A model generated the notes under the pieces. That model was given only the letters and a program-made list of their open reading frames with translations. It made no database searches and was not told the origin of the DNA. A stretch of 64,000 nucleotides of DNA from the human T2T-CHM13v2.0 reference genome, Homo sapiens. This document shows positions 11,720 through 23,950 of the stretch, piece after piece; within the stretch, counting starts at the first letter, position 1, and every line of letters begins with the position of its first letter. Location of the stretch: assembly GCF_009914755.1 (NCBI RefSeq), contig NC_060938.1. The stretch is one strand, 5' to 3'. A program made the translations under genes and the position numbers.

Positions 11720-14220
11720 CAAACAGAGGCTTTTCAAACAGCAATTAGTACTTCGCTGCAGAAAGCTTAGTCTTGCTCCAAAATCTAAAGTTCTGTGCTG
11801 TGATTCTCTTCTCAAACTTACTGAAGAATCTACACAGCATCTTTATCCAACATCAAAGCAGCTAGATTGTATTGCCTGAGCAGTAAGGCGATTTTCACTG
11901 AAAGCTGGACTTGCTGCTGAACACTTTCTTGCTCTTAGCCCTACTCGAAACTGCCAGCCTTCAAAATTAACTGATAAAATGACTTGGAGAAATATTTTAA
12001 ATGTAGTATGTGCAGCCCATAGAATCCAAAGGTCTATCTTATTCTGCACCCCATTCTTAGTGATAGGACTTGTGAAGAGCAACAACTTTTACCACCTTCC
12101 GTTATGCACACATCTTACTATGGCATCCACACTACTCGCTGCTTCCTGTTCACTAGGTAAAAAATGCCATGATGTAATCAATGCAATGGACCAGTACAGA
12201 TGCTCCTTAACTTATAATGGGGTTATCTCCTGATAACCCCAACGCAACTTGAAAATATCGTGAGTTGAAAATGCACTTAATACATCTAACCTACCAAATG
12301 TCATAGTGTAGCCTAGCCTATCTTAAACATGCTTAGAACACTTACATTAGCCCACAGTTAGGCAAAATCATCTGGATACACAGTACGCTGTAGATTATCA
12401 GCATTACGTGGCTGTCTGAGAGCTGAAGCTCGCTGCCACTGCACCTCATCACAAGGGAATATCGTACTGCACATCACTAGCCTGGGAAACAGTCAAATTT
12501 CAAAATTCAAAGTAAGATTTCTGCTGAATGCTTATGACTTTTGCACCATTGTAAAGTTGAACAATCATGTTAGGAGACCATCGTGTAATCATCTCTAGGT
12601 TACCAAGACAATCAAGTTCCTTGTGCACTGTAATATTACAGAGAGTGAGCGTTAGCCCTGATCTAGGGCAGATATGTACATGTGGATTACTGTCTATCCC
12701 ACATAAGAGCAAACTTCTAAATTCTCTTTCATGATAAGAATTAAAAAGCATGCATTTGTTAGATTACTAGCTGCATACCAGCTAGTGCCAGGGGTGTGAT
12801 TTTGTTCCAGTGAAGATACCACATCTGATCCAGCAGCTGCGCTGATTTGGTTGTTTACCATAAGCTATTATATATCATAATCCGCCTGACTTTTTAGTTG
12901 CTTTACATGTGAAATGAATAGATGCATGATGGAGACTATGACTCCTTCACTCTTAAAGCTTTGACGGTAGCATATAGCCTCTGAAGTTTCTCCTGAGAAG
13001 CAGTGTTACTGATGATTTCATACATCGGTTTGGGAAGAACAGTTTTATAGGATTCCACTAGGTCTTTTCTACTAAAATGATTCTGACTTATTTCACAGGT
13101 CATATAACCAGTGTGAGGATCCTGCTTGTTGCTAAGTATGTTGGTCCCAATTATGTACTTGGGAGTCTGGGGAAATAACCGTAGATCAATCCACTTACCC
13201 AGGCTAGAACTCCATTTATCGCTTGTCTTTCATAAGCCCCCATTAGCATTAGAAGTCCATTGATGTCAGTGCTAGCTCAGGATCTGTACCTTTAAGAGCC
13301 CTCAAAAGGCTTTGCTAGTTCACTTTTTCCAGTGTAAGCTGCTATGTAAAATGGCCATAAATCCTTTGAAGGAAGGATTGAGACAGCATTTTTGTGTAAC
13401 TTTCAGGGATATTGCTAGGTCTTTCTTTAAGAAAACTTGGTTTCCCTTTCAACCAGTAAGAGTTGGCTCCATGAAGTAGTTTAAATTTGGAAACTGGATG
13501 AATGATTGTGATCTTCCATTATAGCGGAAAATGCCTACTTCCTCAAGGTGTCATTTTTGTCTTTTTAGATAAGTCAAGTACCACTCTAGTCAGCTACCCT
13601 TGTATTTCATCCCTAAAAACACTATGATATATTATCCATTGTCATAAACCCTTGTTGATAAACGAATTCTGGTTGCTATTCTGACCTTGTTGCTCTTCAC
13701 ACTATTGATATCTATATTGAGTCTGTTGGTGAAGTGTTACTACTAAACTTCTGCCATTTCTGAAAATGGCAGTCAGACCATTGAGTTTAGAGATCCTTGT
13801 TCTATGGTAGCATCTCCTACTACACCCTGGGATACAGAGGACAGTCACCCTGAGCTTCTCAGAGATGCCAGTGTCCATCTGACTACTGCATTTCTCACAG
13901 TGAATGCCTTGGGAACCCTCTAAAAATGAGTCTCATATAATAAATATGTGCTAACATTCCCACCTCCCTGAGTCTTCTAAGTTTTAATATTCTGTGAAGA
14001 TAGCTCCTATATCTCTAGCTCTCTTACTATAAGTCCTCATGATGTTTAAATTTCAAAGAACTATCATAACGGCATATTAGGACTAGCTCCAGGTATTCTT
14101 ACTCATAATTAACCCAAGTCATGGAAGAGTACTTTATTCTTAAATTAGTCCTAGCCCAGTATCGTCACACTCTAGACCCACATTACCTCTACTCAAAGTC
14201 CAGGAGCCAAATCCAGGCAT
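11720..14220 (-). mobile_element. Decayed ERVL-class (HERV16/HERVL-like) internal sequence: gag-pro-pol relic
   Basis: Manual minus-strand translation gives ERVL-like motifs in the correct order: gag RLREVGML (13975-13952), FTVRNAVVRWTLASLRSS (about 13910-13850), L*QWIIYHSVFRDEIQG*LTRVVLDL (about 13650-13570); protease-region DLWPF...HWKK...GLL (about 13365-13265); pol EQESVQQQVQLSVKIALLLRQY (about 11935-11865) and ESQHRTL/FWSK (about 11810-11770). Multiple stops and frameshifts. Confidence 0.8.
12197..12585. mobile_element. Tigger-derived DNA transposon (MER47-like) nested in the ERVL pol relic
   Basis: Starts cagatgctccttaacttataatggggtta, ends ggagaccatcgtg; TA on both sides (12195-96, 12586-87). 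Confidence 0.82.
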
Positions 14221-14858
14221 AGAGAAGAGAAAAATTTCAATGGGACAGGCAAGAATACTCCACCTACTTTGTTGAGTTAAATGTAAGTATATAGTGATAA
14301 GAGTAATAGCTTATAATTATTAAGTTTGTAAATAAATTATTATTTAGTATCAACGACTCAATCACAAATACGATTATCATTTACTAAGCATTTATGTTGT
14401 GCTTGGCACTCTGTTAAATGATCTAATATTTTTTGAGATAGTATCTGGAATGAATGAGATGTTTTAGATTGTTCATAAAATTAAACAAAAGATGAATTCT
14501 GAGAGAATAGTAGATAGGTAAATATGATGAACAAAAATAACTTTTCTTGAGAATTTTAATAAAATTTCTAAAAATCTTTGGTTGATGCTGATACACTGAG
14601 AGTAAAAAGTATTAGCAATTTAGGAGTATGTTAAAGTGTTGACCCCAAAAAGCCTTTCTTATTCTATATAAAAATCAATGGAAACAAAACTATTTGAAGA
14701 CTATAAGGAAGACTGTAAGTGTTTCCTCCTAAACAAGCTATGCTAATACATTTATTCATGTAACCATGAACTTAATAAAGATGTACATCACCTGGAGATG
14801 GGACTAAGTACATGAGGTAGAGGCAGGGATTGTGAAAGCAGCCATTGATATGGCAATC

Positions 14859-15150
14859 TTTTTTTTTTTTTTTTTTTTTTGAGACAGGCTTTTGCTCTTT
14901 CGCCCAGGCAAGATCAGGGCTCAGTGCAGCCTTGACCTCCCCAGGCTCAAGCAATCCTCCCACCTCAGCATCCCGACTAGCTGGAACTACAGGCAAATGT
15001 CACCACACCTGGCTAATTTTTTTATTTCTTTGTAAAAACAAGGTTTCGTCATGTTGCCCAGGCTGGTCTCGAACTCCTGAGCTCAAGCAATCTGCTGACC
15101 TCAGGCCTCCCAAAGTCCTGGGATTACATGAGTGAGCCACTGCACCCAGC
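14859..15150 (-). mobile_element. AluJ with a small internal deletion
   Basis: Poly-T, gcagccttgacctccccaggctcaagcaatcctcccacctcagc. Confidence 0.9.
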
Positions 15151-16375
15151 TGATGTGGAATTTTTTTTAAAATAAATGTTTGGATGCTTATCCTAAACAT
15201 TTTCCACATCTTATCCAAAGATTATTTGAAAAAGTATTAGTTATTTTAGTTGGAAACTCTCTAACATGATATAGCAGACAGATTCAGTCTAGATATGTTT
15301 ATCACAGACGAAAAAAAGCAAATTATATTAATTTTATAAAACACAAAAAAGAATTAATATAATATTTGATTATAGTAGAACCTAAACCTGCCCACATTAA
15401 TTGGAGATAAATCCAAAAATCTAGTATGTTTCTTATTCAAGTGCATGCACTCTCATTTTGTAAAAAATTTAATAGACTAAATCAGAAAAAAGTATAGGAA
15501 TATGAATCAAGATATATAAAATATCTGCAAAGAACAATACATGTAGCACTAATGGTTTCAAACTGAAGAACTGGCTACTAATGTTTGCTAAGATTTTTAT
15601 CATGGTAAGATTACCATTTGAGAATCTGCATAGAAGATTAACAAGGACAAAAGCATCAATAACTCTGCAACAGCCTTGGTAGTTAAAAATGCATTTATAC
15701 AACAATCAAATGACTGAATACAATTCTATTATAAAATTGAAAAATGGCCTAGCCAAATTTTTTTATGCAAAAAGCAAATGCTCACTAAGGTTAAGGTGTA
15801 ATAAACTACTAGACAATTTTAATGCTTCCTAGTGTTTTGGATTTACATAATTATTTTTAAAGAGTGGCTTTCAAAAATATTTTAGTGATGAAAAATATTA
15901 TTCAAATGAAATCTTACCCAGAAAGCCAGCATATAAAAAGAAGAAAAGCAGAGCTGCTTTGATTGATGCACATTCTTTCTTTGTTTTATTTTTGAACGGA
16001 GAAGGTCAGTATCTTCCAACCTTGCAAACAGGCATACCTATGTTTATTATTAAAAGAAATTCAAAGACCCACACATTATACTGGTTACAATTAAATTGTA
16101 TTGCTATCTGAGAAGTCTGAAATATTAAGAGTTCAAATGTTCAGTACTCCTACTGAGAACTTCCTTTTAAAAACCGGTCATACTTTCTACATATGACCTC
16201 ATTGCAAGAATAAAGCAATGTAACTAAAATCTCAACATTTATTTGGGTGGAGAACATGAAAATCATATTTTCTAATTCATAGGGTAGATAAAAAATGTTT
16301 GAGGTCAACTGAGGAAATATTTTAAAACAACTATAAAGGAATGACCTGCTCATTTATATATCAAAATGTATTATA

Positions 16376-16662
16376 GGCCGGGCGCAGTGGCTCACAACTG
16401 TAATCCTAGCACTTTGGGAGGCTGAGGTGGGCTAATCACCCGAGGTCAGGAGTTTGAGACCAGCCTGGCCTACATGGGGAAACTGGGTCTCTATTAAAAA
16501 TACAAAAATTATTAGGGGGTAGTGGTACGTGCCTGTAATCCCAGCTACTCAGTAGACTGAGGTGGGAGAATCACTTGAACCCAAGAGGCGGAGGTTGCAG
16601 TTAGCCGAGATTGTGCCACTTGCACTCAAGCCTGGACGACAGAGTGAGACTCTGTCTAAAAA
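16376..16662 (+). mobile_element. AluS
   Basis: Full dimer ggccgggcgcagtggctcac...gagactctgtct. Confidence 0.92.
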
Positions 16663-16671
16663 TATACATAT

Positions 16672-16684
16672 ATAGATAGATGAT

Positions 16685-16730
<46 letters not shown>
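16672..16730. repeat. (TAGA)n tetranucleotide STR at the Alu tail
   Basis: About 11 perfect GATA units. Confidence 0.93.
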
Positions 16731-16734
16731 TAGT

Positions 16735-17670
16735 AAAGCTGTAGAAGTTAAAATGGAATTGGTACAGAAAAGAATAACAGTAAGGTGCAGACTAATGTAA
16801 TTTTGCTAATGCTAAAAATATCATTTTGAAGCTGTGCAGTGGAATATTGACCATCTTGTTTGTATAAGGGCAAGAGGGAAAGAGAGAGAAGAAAAAGACA
16901 AAGAGAACACTAGACTAACACTTCATACTAAGGACAAAATGATTTCCTGATGATTAAATTGTCAAATACATAAATGACTTTAAGCTGTTAGAAAAAAAAA
17001 TGGATATAAGGAGATCTTGCTAAAGTAGCTACAAAACTCAGAAGCCAAAAACAATTCATCTTTTAAAAACAAAAACTTGAGAACAAAAGTATCTTAAACA
17101 ATCTTAAAACACAAGTAACACACTGGGAGGTGCAATTGGCAACATGTTTATCAGCAATTGAATTTATTTACGTAGTATATTTGTCGTCACAAGTCTACAA
17201 GAAGATAAGCAGCAAACTAGTAAGAAAAGAGAAGATAAACAGCAACCAGTAAATAGAGATGTACAAGTGACTGATAAACATGTGGGAAAATGTTCAAATT
17301 GGCTAGTGATTTAAAATGCAAATTTAAACTACAATAGAGTGTAATTTACTTTCTTGAATCAAATTGACAAAAATAAAAAAAATACACTGCCGTTGAGAAA
17401 GCAAGTAACAGGTCCCTTTCAACTTTGGCTAAATAATTCCATTTTGAGGAAGGAAACTATGCTACAGCAATGCTACCATACATTTCACAAAGATGTACAT
17501 ACAGGCAACACAAACATATACCCTACAAGTATTCATTGGATTGTTTATAACAGTGACCATCTGTAAGTAATTTCATGATGAAGGACACAGCAGCAATTAT
17601 ACACATTTGAGAGTACTCACAGCAAAACTCAGTGCACCCATACAAAGAACTATTCAGCCTGAGTGAAGAC
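16735..17670 (+). mobile_element. Old L1 (L1ME-like) fragments
   Basis: A-rich L1 ORF2/3'-like text (ataaacatgtgggaaaatgttcaaattggctagtgatttaaaatgcaaatttaaactacaat). Confidence 0.5.
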
Positions 17671-17682
17671 AATGATCCAGGC

Positions 17683-17837
17683 CACTGGTTCAAACTTTAG
17701 TGGACATCAGATTCACTTGGAGGGCTTGCTAAAACATGAATTGCTGGCCCCAATGCAGGGGTTTCTAATGTGAAGGGATCTGAGAATCTTCATTTTTAAT
17801 CAATTATCTCCAGAAACCACATATTAAGAACTACCAG
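17683..17837. mobile_element. MER5-type hAT DNA transposon remnant
   Basis: caaactttagtggacatcagattcacttggagggcttgctaaaaca...gagaatcttcattttt. Confidence 0.7.
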
Positions 17838-18135
17838 CCTTGACCCATACTTGGTGTTTTGGACACATGGCCAAGTGAAAAATTCTAGTCATAGAATAAT
17901 ACTTTTCATTATCTCACTTATTAAAAATGGAACATGAACATAAATAATTACATTTAAGGAAATGCAACGAACGAGAACTGAAAGGTGATATGCCAAACTA
18001 TTTAATATCTACTGCTGGGAAGGAGGGCAGGTAGGAGTGAGAAGAGAAACATTTATGTTAAATATCCTACTGTTTAAGTCATTTACAAGAAGACTATATT
18101 TATAATGTATTTAAATTATTGACGTGACAATTTTG

Positions 18136-18315
18136 AGAGAGAAAGAAGAAAGAGGAAGGGAGGGGAGGAGAGGGGAGTGGAGGGGAGTGAAGGGAAGGGA
18201 AGGGGAGTGGAGGGGAGTGAAGGGAAGGGGAGTGGAGGGGTGTGAAGGGAAGGGAAGGGAAGGGAAGGGAAGGGGCAGGGAGGTTAGGAGGGGGGCAGGG
18301 AAGGAAAGAAAAAGG
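18136..18315. repeat. Polypurine (GGAAG/GGAGG/GGAGT)n tract
   Basis: Directly visible. Confidence 0.93.
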
Positions 18316-18829
18316 GTAGCTGAATCCTGAAGCTGTAGACATCTAGAGTTTGTACTAGATTGTTAGATTTACTGGCAAACCCTTACTTTCTTTCTTTCTT
18401 ACTTCTTCATGCATCTTTGTAATAAACCCTCATTAAACGAGGTAGTCTGAACATAGTTCTATTCCTTGCAAGCTAAAAAGGCTAATTAACAGAGATGTAA
18501 AGGCTATGCAGAGCAATAAAACACAACAAATACTGAAATTGATTTAAATGCATGTAATTTAAAGCAGGATATAGGAATGCTAAAACCATTTTTAAAATCT
18601 ACTTATTTTCATACCTACACATCCAAATCTAGATCTTAGAGCTGATGGTCCTAAATTACTGAAAAATAATAAAGCCAACATATGTTTCTATTACATGCTG
18701 ACATAATGCTTATGCACCAAGAATGTATAGTTGTATTTGTATGTGTGTGTTTGTATATATATGAATATGTGTATATATACACACACAGAATATATGTGTG
18801 TATATATATCCATAATATAAATTTAACTC

Positions 18830-19010
18830 TCAAAAGGATTCTATGATATAAGATAGTTATTATCATCCCTAATATATAAAAAAGAAAACTGAGGCACAGA
18901 AAGCTGGGAGATTACGGAACTTTTCCAAGGTCACACTGTTAGTCCTGGTGGAGCCAGGGTTACATCCAGACAATCTGATTCCAGCATCATGCTCTTAACC
19001 ATTGCATCGT
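18830..19010 (-). mobile_element. MIR
   Basis: gaaaactgaggcacagaaag...ccaaggtcacactgttagt...ggagccaggg. Confidence 0.78.
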
Positions 19011-19438
19011 ACTGACCTCTCCTTCACTTGTTTCATTTTCTTTGGATACATCAATACTCTCAGGCCACTACCCATCACTAAACAATATACCATAAAAAAA
19101 ATTAAAGAGGCTAGAAAAAATGCTGTTTACAATACTTTTGGAAATAAACAATCTTTATGACTCTTACTGCTACAAGAATAGGCAGCAGATTAAGAAATCT
19201 GCTGATGAGTGAATGAGGAACCTCTCTCTTCCACTGCATTTCCAACTATTATTATACTCAGATTAGACCAAGCGAGAAAGTCATTCCAGCTTTCTCATAT
19301 CAGCCAAGAAAAATCATCCTCAGGACCAGCTGCCAACAGCATTGCCCTTTAGACTTTGGCCGGGATGCCAGGGCCCAGGTGTTCTGTCAGCTTTCCTTAT
19401 ACAGTTTGTTGACAATGAAGAGGCCCACTTAATTTTTC

Positions 19439-19740
19439 TTTCTTTTTTTTTTTTTTTGAGACAGAGTCTCGTTCTGTCGCCCAGGCTGGAGTGCAGTGGC
19501 ACGATCTCGGCTCACTGCAAGCTCCGCCTCCCAGGTTCACGCCATTCTCCTGCCTCAGCCTCCTGAGTAGCTGGGACTACAGGCACCCGCGACCACGTCC
19601 GGCTAATTTTTTTTGTATTTTTAGTAGAGACAGGGTTTCACCACGTTAGCCAGGATGGTCTCGATCTCCTGACCTCGTGATCCGCCCGCCTTGGCCTCCT
19701 AAAGTGCTGGGATTACAGGCGTGAGCCACCGCGCCCAGCC
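19439..19740 (-). mobile_element. AluY, full length, CpG-rich
   Basis: gcaagctccgcctccc, ttcacgccattctcc, gttagccaggatggtctcgatc; 16-bp TSD gcccacttaatttttc / gcccagttaatttttc. Confidence 0.95.
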
Positions 19741-21185
19741 GCCCAGTTAATTTTTCAATGGGCAATATAAGCTGAAACTGATTCACCTGCAAACACCTTA
19801 ATTACTTCTAGGAATAAAAAAATATTGATACCAAAACAATACATTTTTCTTAGGATCAAAACACCTTGAAATGTTTCCAAAAAATGGAATTGCTTAGGAA
19901 AAAAATAAAAATGCATGATCTACTTTGTTTCAGAACCTAATCTGGTTTGTCTAGAGGTCAAAGTTTGTACTCCTGATTGTGAATGATAAAAAGGGAAAAT
20001 GTATGGATAAAATGGGAAATTTCTAATATTAAGGGGACAGGAGGATGGAGAGAGAGGCAGCAGAGCAACACCTGGGGTATGTTAGAAACAGAGATAAGAA
20101 GTTGCATTTTAAAATATAATTTGGAGTTCAGAAGGTGTAAATTTAGTACACTCTTTGTGGGACTAATGGGAACCTCAATGAGTCTTCTCTTGCCATAAAC
20201 TGCCTCTCATAAAGCTCTTCAAGGCTTCTTTTGGATGTGTTTAGACCCTCCTGTTTAGATCCCAACTTTTGATTCTGAAATTTCTATTCCATGTCTACAA
20301 AACAAAAAATATAATCAAATTATAACAACACTATATTTTCCTTGAGTTAATATTATCTTGAATTAAGTCTATCATTGTTTAAATTTTTGGTAACATTATT
20401 TTCACTGGACTTCATTGTTTTCTGTATAAATTTTAAAATGAAAATGTTTCACATATCCATTTCCTTGTTTCAATTTTTAACAATTATCAGTCATCAGTCT
20501 GTCCTTGTATGTTGTCTTTTGGAATCTTTTTTTTCTATCAAGCGTAATTATCCTGGCTCAAATTGTGTTTCTCTAAATTTCATTATGACAATTTTATTCT
20601 TTAATCCATTTTCAGTTAATAGCAAATGTTATACTTTGAAATTTTAGTTATCGTGAGTTTTCCTTTTTCAACATTTTTAATAATTATTCTTTCAGATTAC
20701 TTTTGTTCTTTTTCATTTTACCAACAGCATGAGTTTTATTAAACATATTTTACCATTTCTGTTTTAGCCATAGTCTTATCTATTTAATGCTTCATTCTGT
20801 GATGCTTTATATGCCTATTTTTATCATTTCAGAGTCAAAATGGTAAATAAAAAGATACTTAAGGATCCGTCAGTAAGAGTTAAGAATGGCAGAAGTTAAA
20901 AACAGGGTTAAAATGGTGAGTTCATAAAATCTCCACATTACTTTTCGCTTTTCCCTCTGTAGCTTTGTTAGCTGGATTTCTTTTTTCCTGTAACACAAAT
21001 ACTTAAAATATGTAATTTTGTCTACTGAGTGAAACTATTTTTCCTACCATAGTGCTTGTGTTGATTACAAATGTGAATTTTGAGCTAGTAAGGTCATTGA
21101 CAATAAGAATTATCAATTATTGAGTAAAACATCCTCAATATTCTGCATCTAAATTAGATTGTTGCATCATATATATATAACCTAA

Positions 21186-21553
<368 letters not shown>

Positions 21554-22025
21554 TTTGCCTTTGCATATTGTAATTTTAGTGCCCTTTAAAAGTCTCCATT
21601 TTTATTGCTTCTATTAAATTAGTTTAAGAAAGCTGTGGATGACGATTCTGAAGGCCTGAGTGCATACAGTATCTGCAACTGTTTGTTTTTCAAGGTTTTC
21701 TATGAATAAAATGACAAGGAGTAAGAAAAGTATGTGTGACCTCATGCTTCACATTCTTCAGAACAAATACCTCTCGGTTGCAATTATGTCATCATGAAAT
21801 CATGTTCCACGTTTTAAAATAAACTCATTGCCATATGAATTGTTATCCTACTGAGATATTTTTGTAGTTGTCTGTTTAACAGCTTCCTTAGAAGTGTCTT
21901 CTACATTTCCCACAATACCAAAACAAAAATTTCTTTTTTCATCTTATACAAAAGAATAGCTCAAGTTTGAATGTTCCGAAATCCACACTCTTGTCCTGCG
22001 TTGCACATATACTTGCACTTGAGTT

Positions 22026-22070
22026 ACACACACACACACCCACACCCACCCACACACACACACACACACA
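22026..22070. repeat. (CA)n/(CACC)n microsatellite, read as UG repeats in the MDGA2 pre-mRNA
   Basis: Directly visible. Confidence 0.93.
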
Positions 22071-22159
22071 GTTTTAGCTAAATATTCTAAAATATACACT
22101 TTTTGACTTCTGAGAAAAGTCAGAGAATGTTTTCTCCAGTGTCACAGTTCGGGACTCAC

Positions 22160-22299
22160 CTGTGGACGTGGATGTCCTGTGACTAGACAAGTCAACTCAA
22201 GGGTTTCTCCTTCCCGGATAGTGTAGACCCTTTCGGAGTAGCGCTCCTCTTCAATGTTACAGGCCAAGCCTGAGTGCACAATACGAACCGTGGGAGGAG
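22160..22299 (-). CDS. MDGA2: MDGA2 internal coding exon (140 nt), start of first Ig-like domain, immediately after the signal-peptide exon
   Basis: Translation (A)PPTVRIVHSGLACNIEEERYSERVYTIREGETLELTCLVTGHPRPQ matches the MDGA2 N-terminus as I recall it; paralog MDGA1 reads APAQAQIVHAGQAC. Acceptor ctcttcttcctgactcgacAG (AG at 22301-22300, phase 1) and donor CAG|GTGAGT (GT at 22159-22158, phase 0). Confidence 0.96.
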
Positions 22300-23799
22300 C
22301 TGTCGAGTCAGGAAGAAGAGAGACAAGATACATGAAAAGGTAAGTCAGTGATCTTCTCATGAACCATCTTGACTATAAAAGCAATTCTTATTAGACTTCA
22401 CCATAGTCAGATTAGTCAGATTCATCAGTCTTAACACCTCCCCAAGGCATTAAAGATTTTGCTGGAAGAAATCTTCAAATTTATCTAACAGTGACCAACA
22501 CATTTCCAGGGGAACAAGGTAGTGGAAGAACCTCAGGAAATCACCATCAATACAAGACCACAAGATAAAATTTGATTGTTAAAATGTGAGAAGGTCCCTT
22601 CCTTTCTGAGTTCAAATTTTAACATAGTAAGGAATATTGCACCAAAAATATGTAGTGCAAAAGAAAGAAGACAATTGGAGGAGAAAAGGGAATTTGAATG
22701 GAAGACATTGACATTTGTCTGTTAATTATTTAAGTCATGTAGCGCGCAAGTTAATAAGCTCACGAATAAGATGATTTGGTTTTCAGGAAGTGAAAACCAA
22801 CTTAATTTACCATACTTATAGACATCTGTATTGATGTAAACAAAGTATGATTCTTGATTAAGCCATGGAAGAAGACAATATACCATTGTCGCCTGAGTCT
22901 AAAATTCTGATTCAAAAGAAACTTCATTAGCATAAAGCTGCCCAAATTTCTAAATATAATTTTCTCCTACTTCAGTGCCAAGGGGCCAGTAAAATTTAAC
23001 TAACACTCCTTGACTTACACATCGTTGGGGACAACTACATGGAAACTTTCTGTGAGTCATGAGAGAAGTACTTAGCTAATAAGATATGCTGCTTGCCATC
23101 AAGTAAATTATTGACAGCTACTAGCTTCAAATTGGAGATCAATTCCTTTTGTGAACTAAGCATTTTTGTTTGTCATACATTTGGGAGTGAAAGAGAATGA
23201 TCATTTCAGTTAAAGGCAAGTGGAAAGGTTATATCTTCATGTAAAGGACAGTGATCTCAAGAATTTCCTGATAGATATCTTCAACCTAAACAGTAGTATT
23301 ACTAGCAGAGGTTGTGATTGCTTAAAAATTAACGCCAGTGCCAGCATATTAGGAATGTTTTATCTAACATTAAAGACAATGAATCTTATAGAATTTTAAA
23401 ATAAATTTGGTGATTCTATGGAAGAAAAAAAGATTATAAGGCCAACTCATGAAAAAAATCATTCTGGGAAAAGCTGTGTTCTGAAAGTAAAATAGAATAG
23501 TTTTCAATATCTACTATTTTGTTTTATATAACATAAATGCACAGTCTACCCATAGAGCTTAATAATTGACATCAGGTTGTATTTCATTATCTTTCTCAAT
23601 TTCAGGCAGAAACTGGAAGATGGAAAAGACCGCTTATGATTAATAAAACAACTGGTTATGTCCAGCTCTTTCTAGGTACCAAAGCATAATCCTGTTACTC
23701 AACCTTGAAACTCAGAACCCTGCTTTCCAATATCCATCATCAAAATGACGGGTAAAAGTTTCCAATAGTAGAATAAGAACAAAACAGTACTTCTAGAAA

Positions 23800-23950
23800 A
23801 GTGGTCTTGACATTAAATACGCATAATAAACACCCCTCAAGAACTTGTTAAAAATACAAATTTCAAAGGTGTTCAGAGACCTGATATATCTGCAGGAATC
23901 CCCAGGAATCTGCATTTTTACCAAACACTCAGATAGCTGCAATGACAGAG
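23800..23950. mobile_element. MER5-type remnant
   Basis: gaacttgttaaaaatacaaattt...ccccaggaatctgcatttttaccaaacactc. Confidence 0.6.

Noticed and set aside
18100-18342. Proline-rich and Gly/Arg-rich ORFs
   Set aside because: They are translations of the pentamer polypurine repeat.
19183-19204. 9-bp hairpin CAGCAGATT-AAGA-AATCTGCTG (a similar one lies near 13752-13773)
   Set aside because: Expected by chance; bacterial-terminator logic does not apply here.
22142-22360. 72-aa ORF as a standalone gene
   Set aside because: Only 22160-22299 is exon. The MRRSLTYL... start and VSPEL end are intronic read-through past the splice sites.
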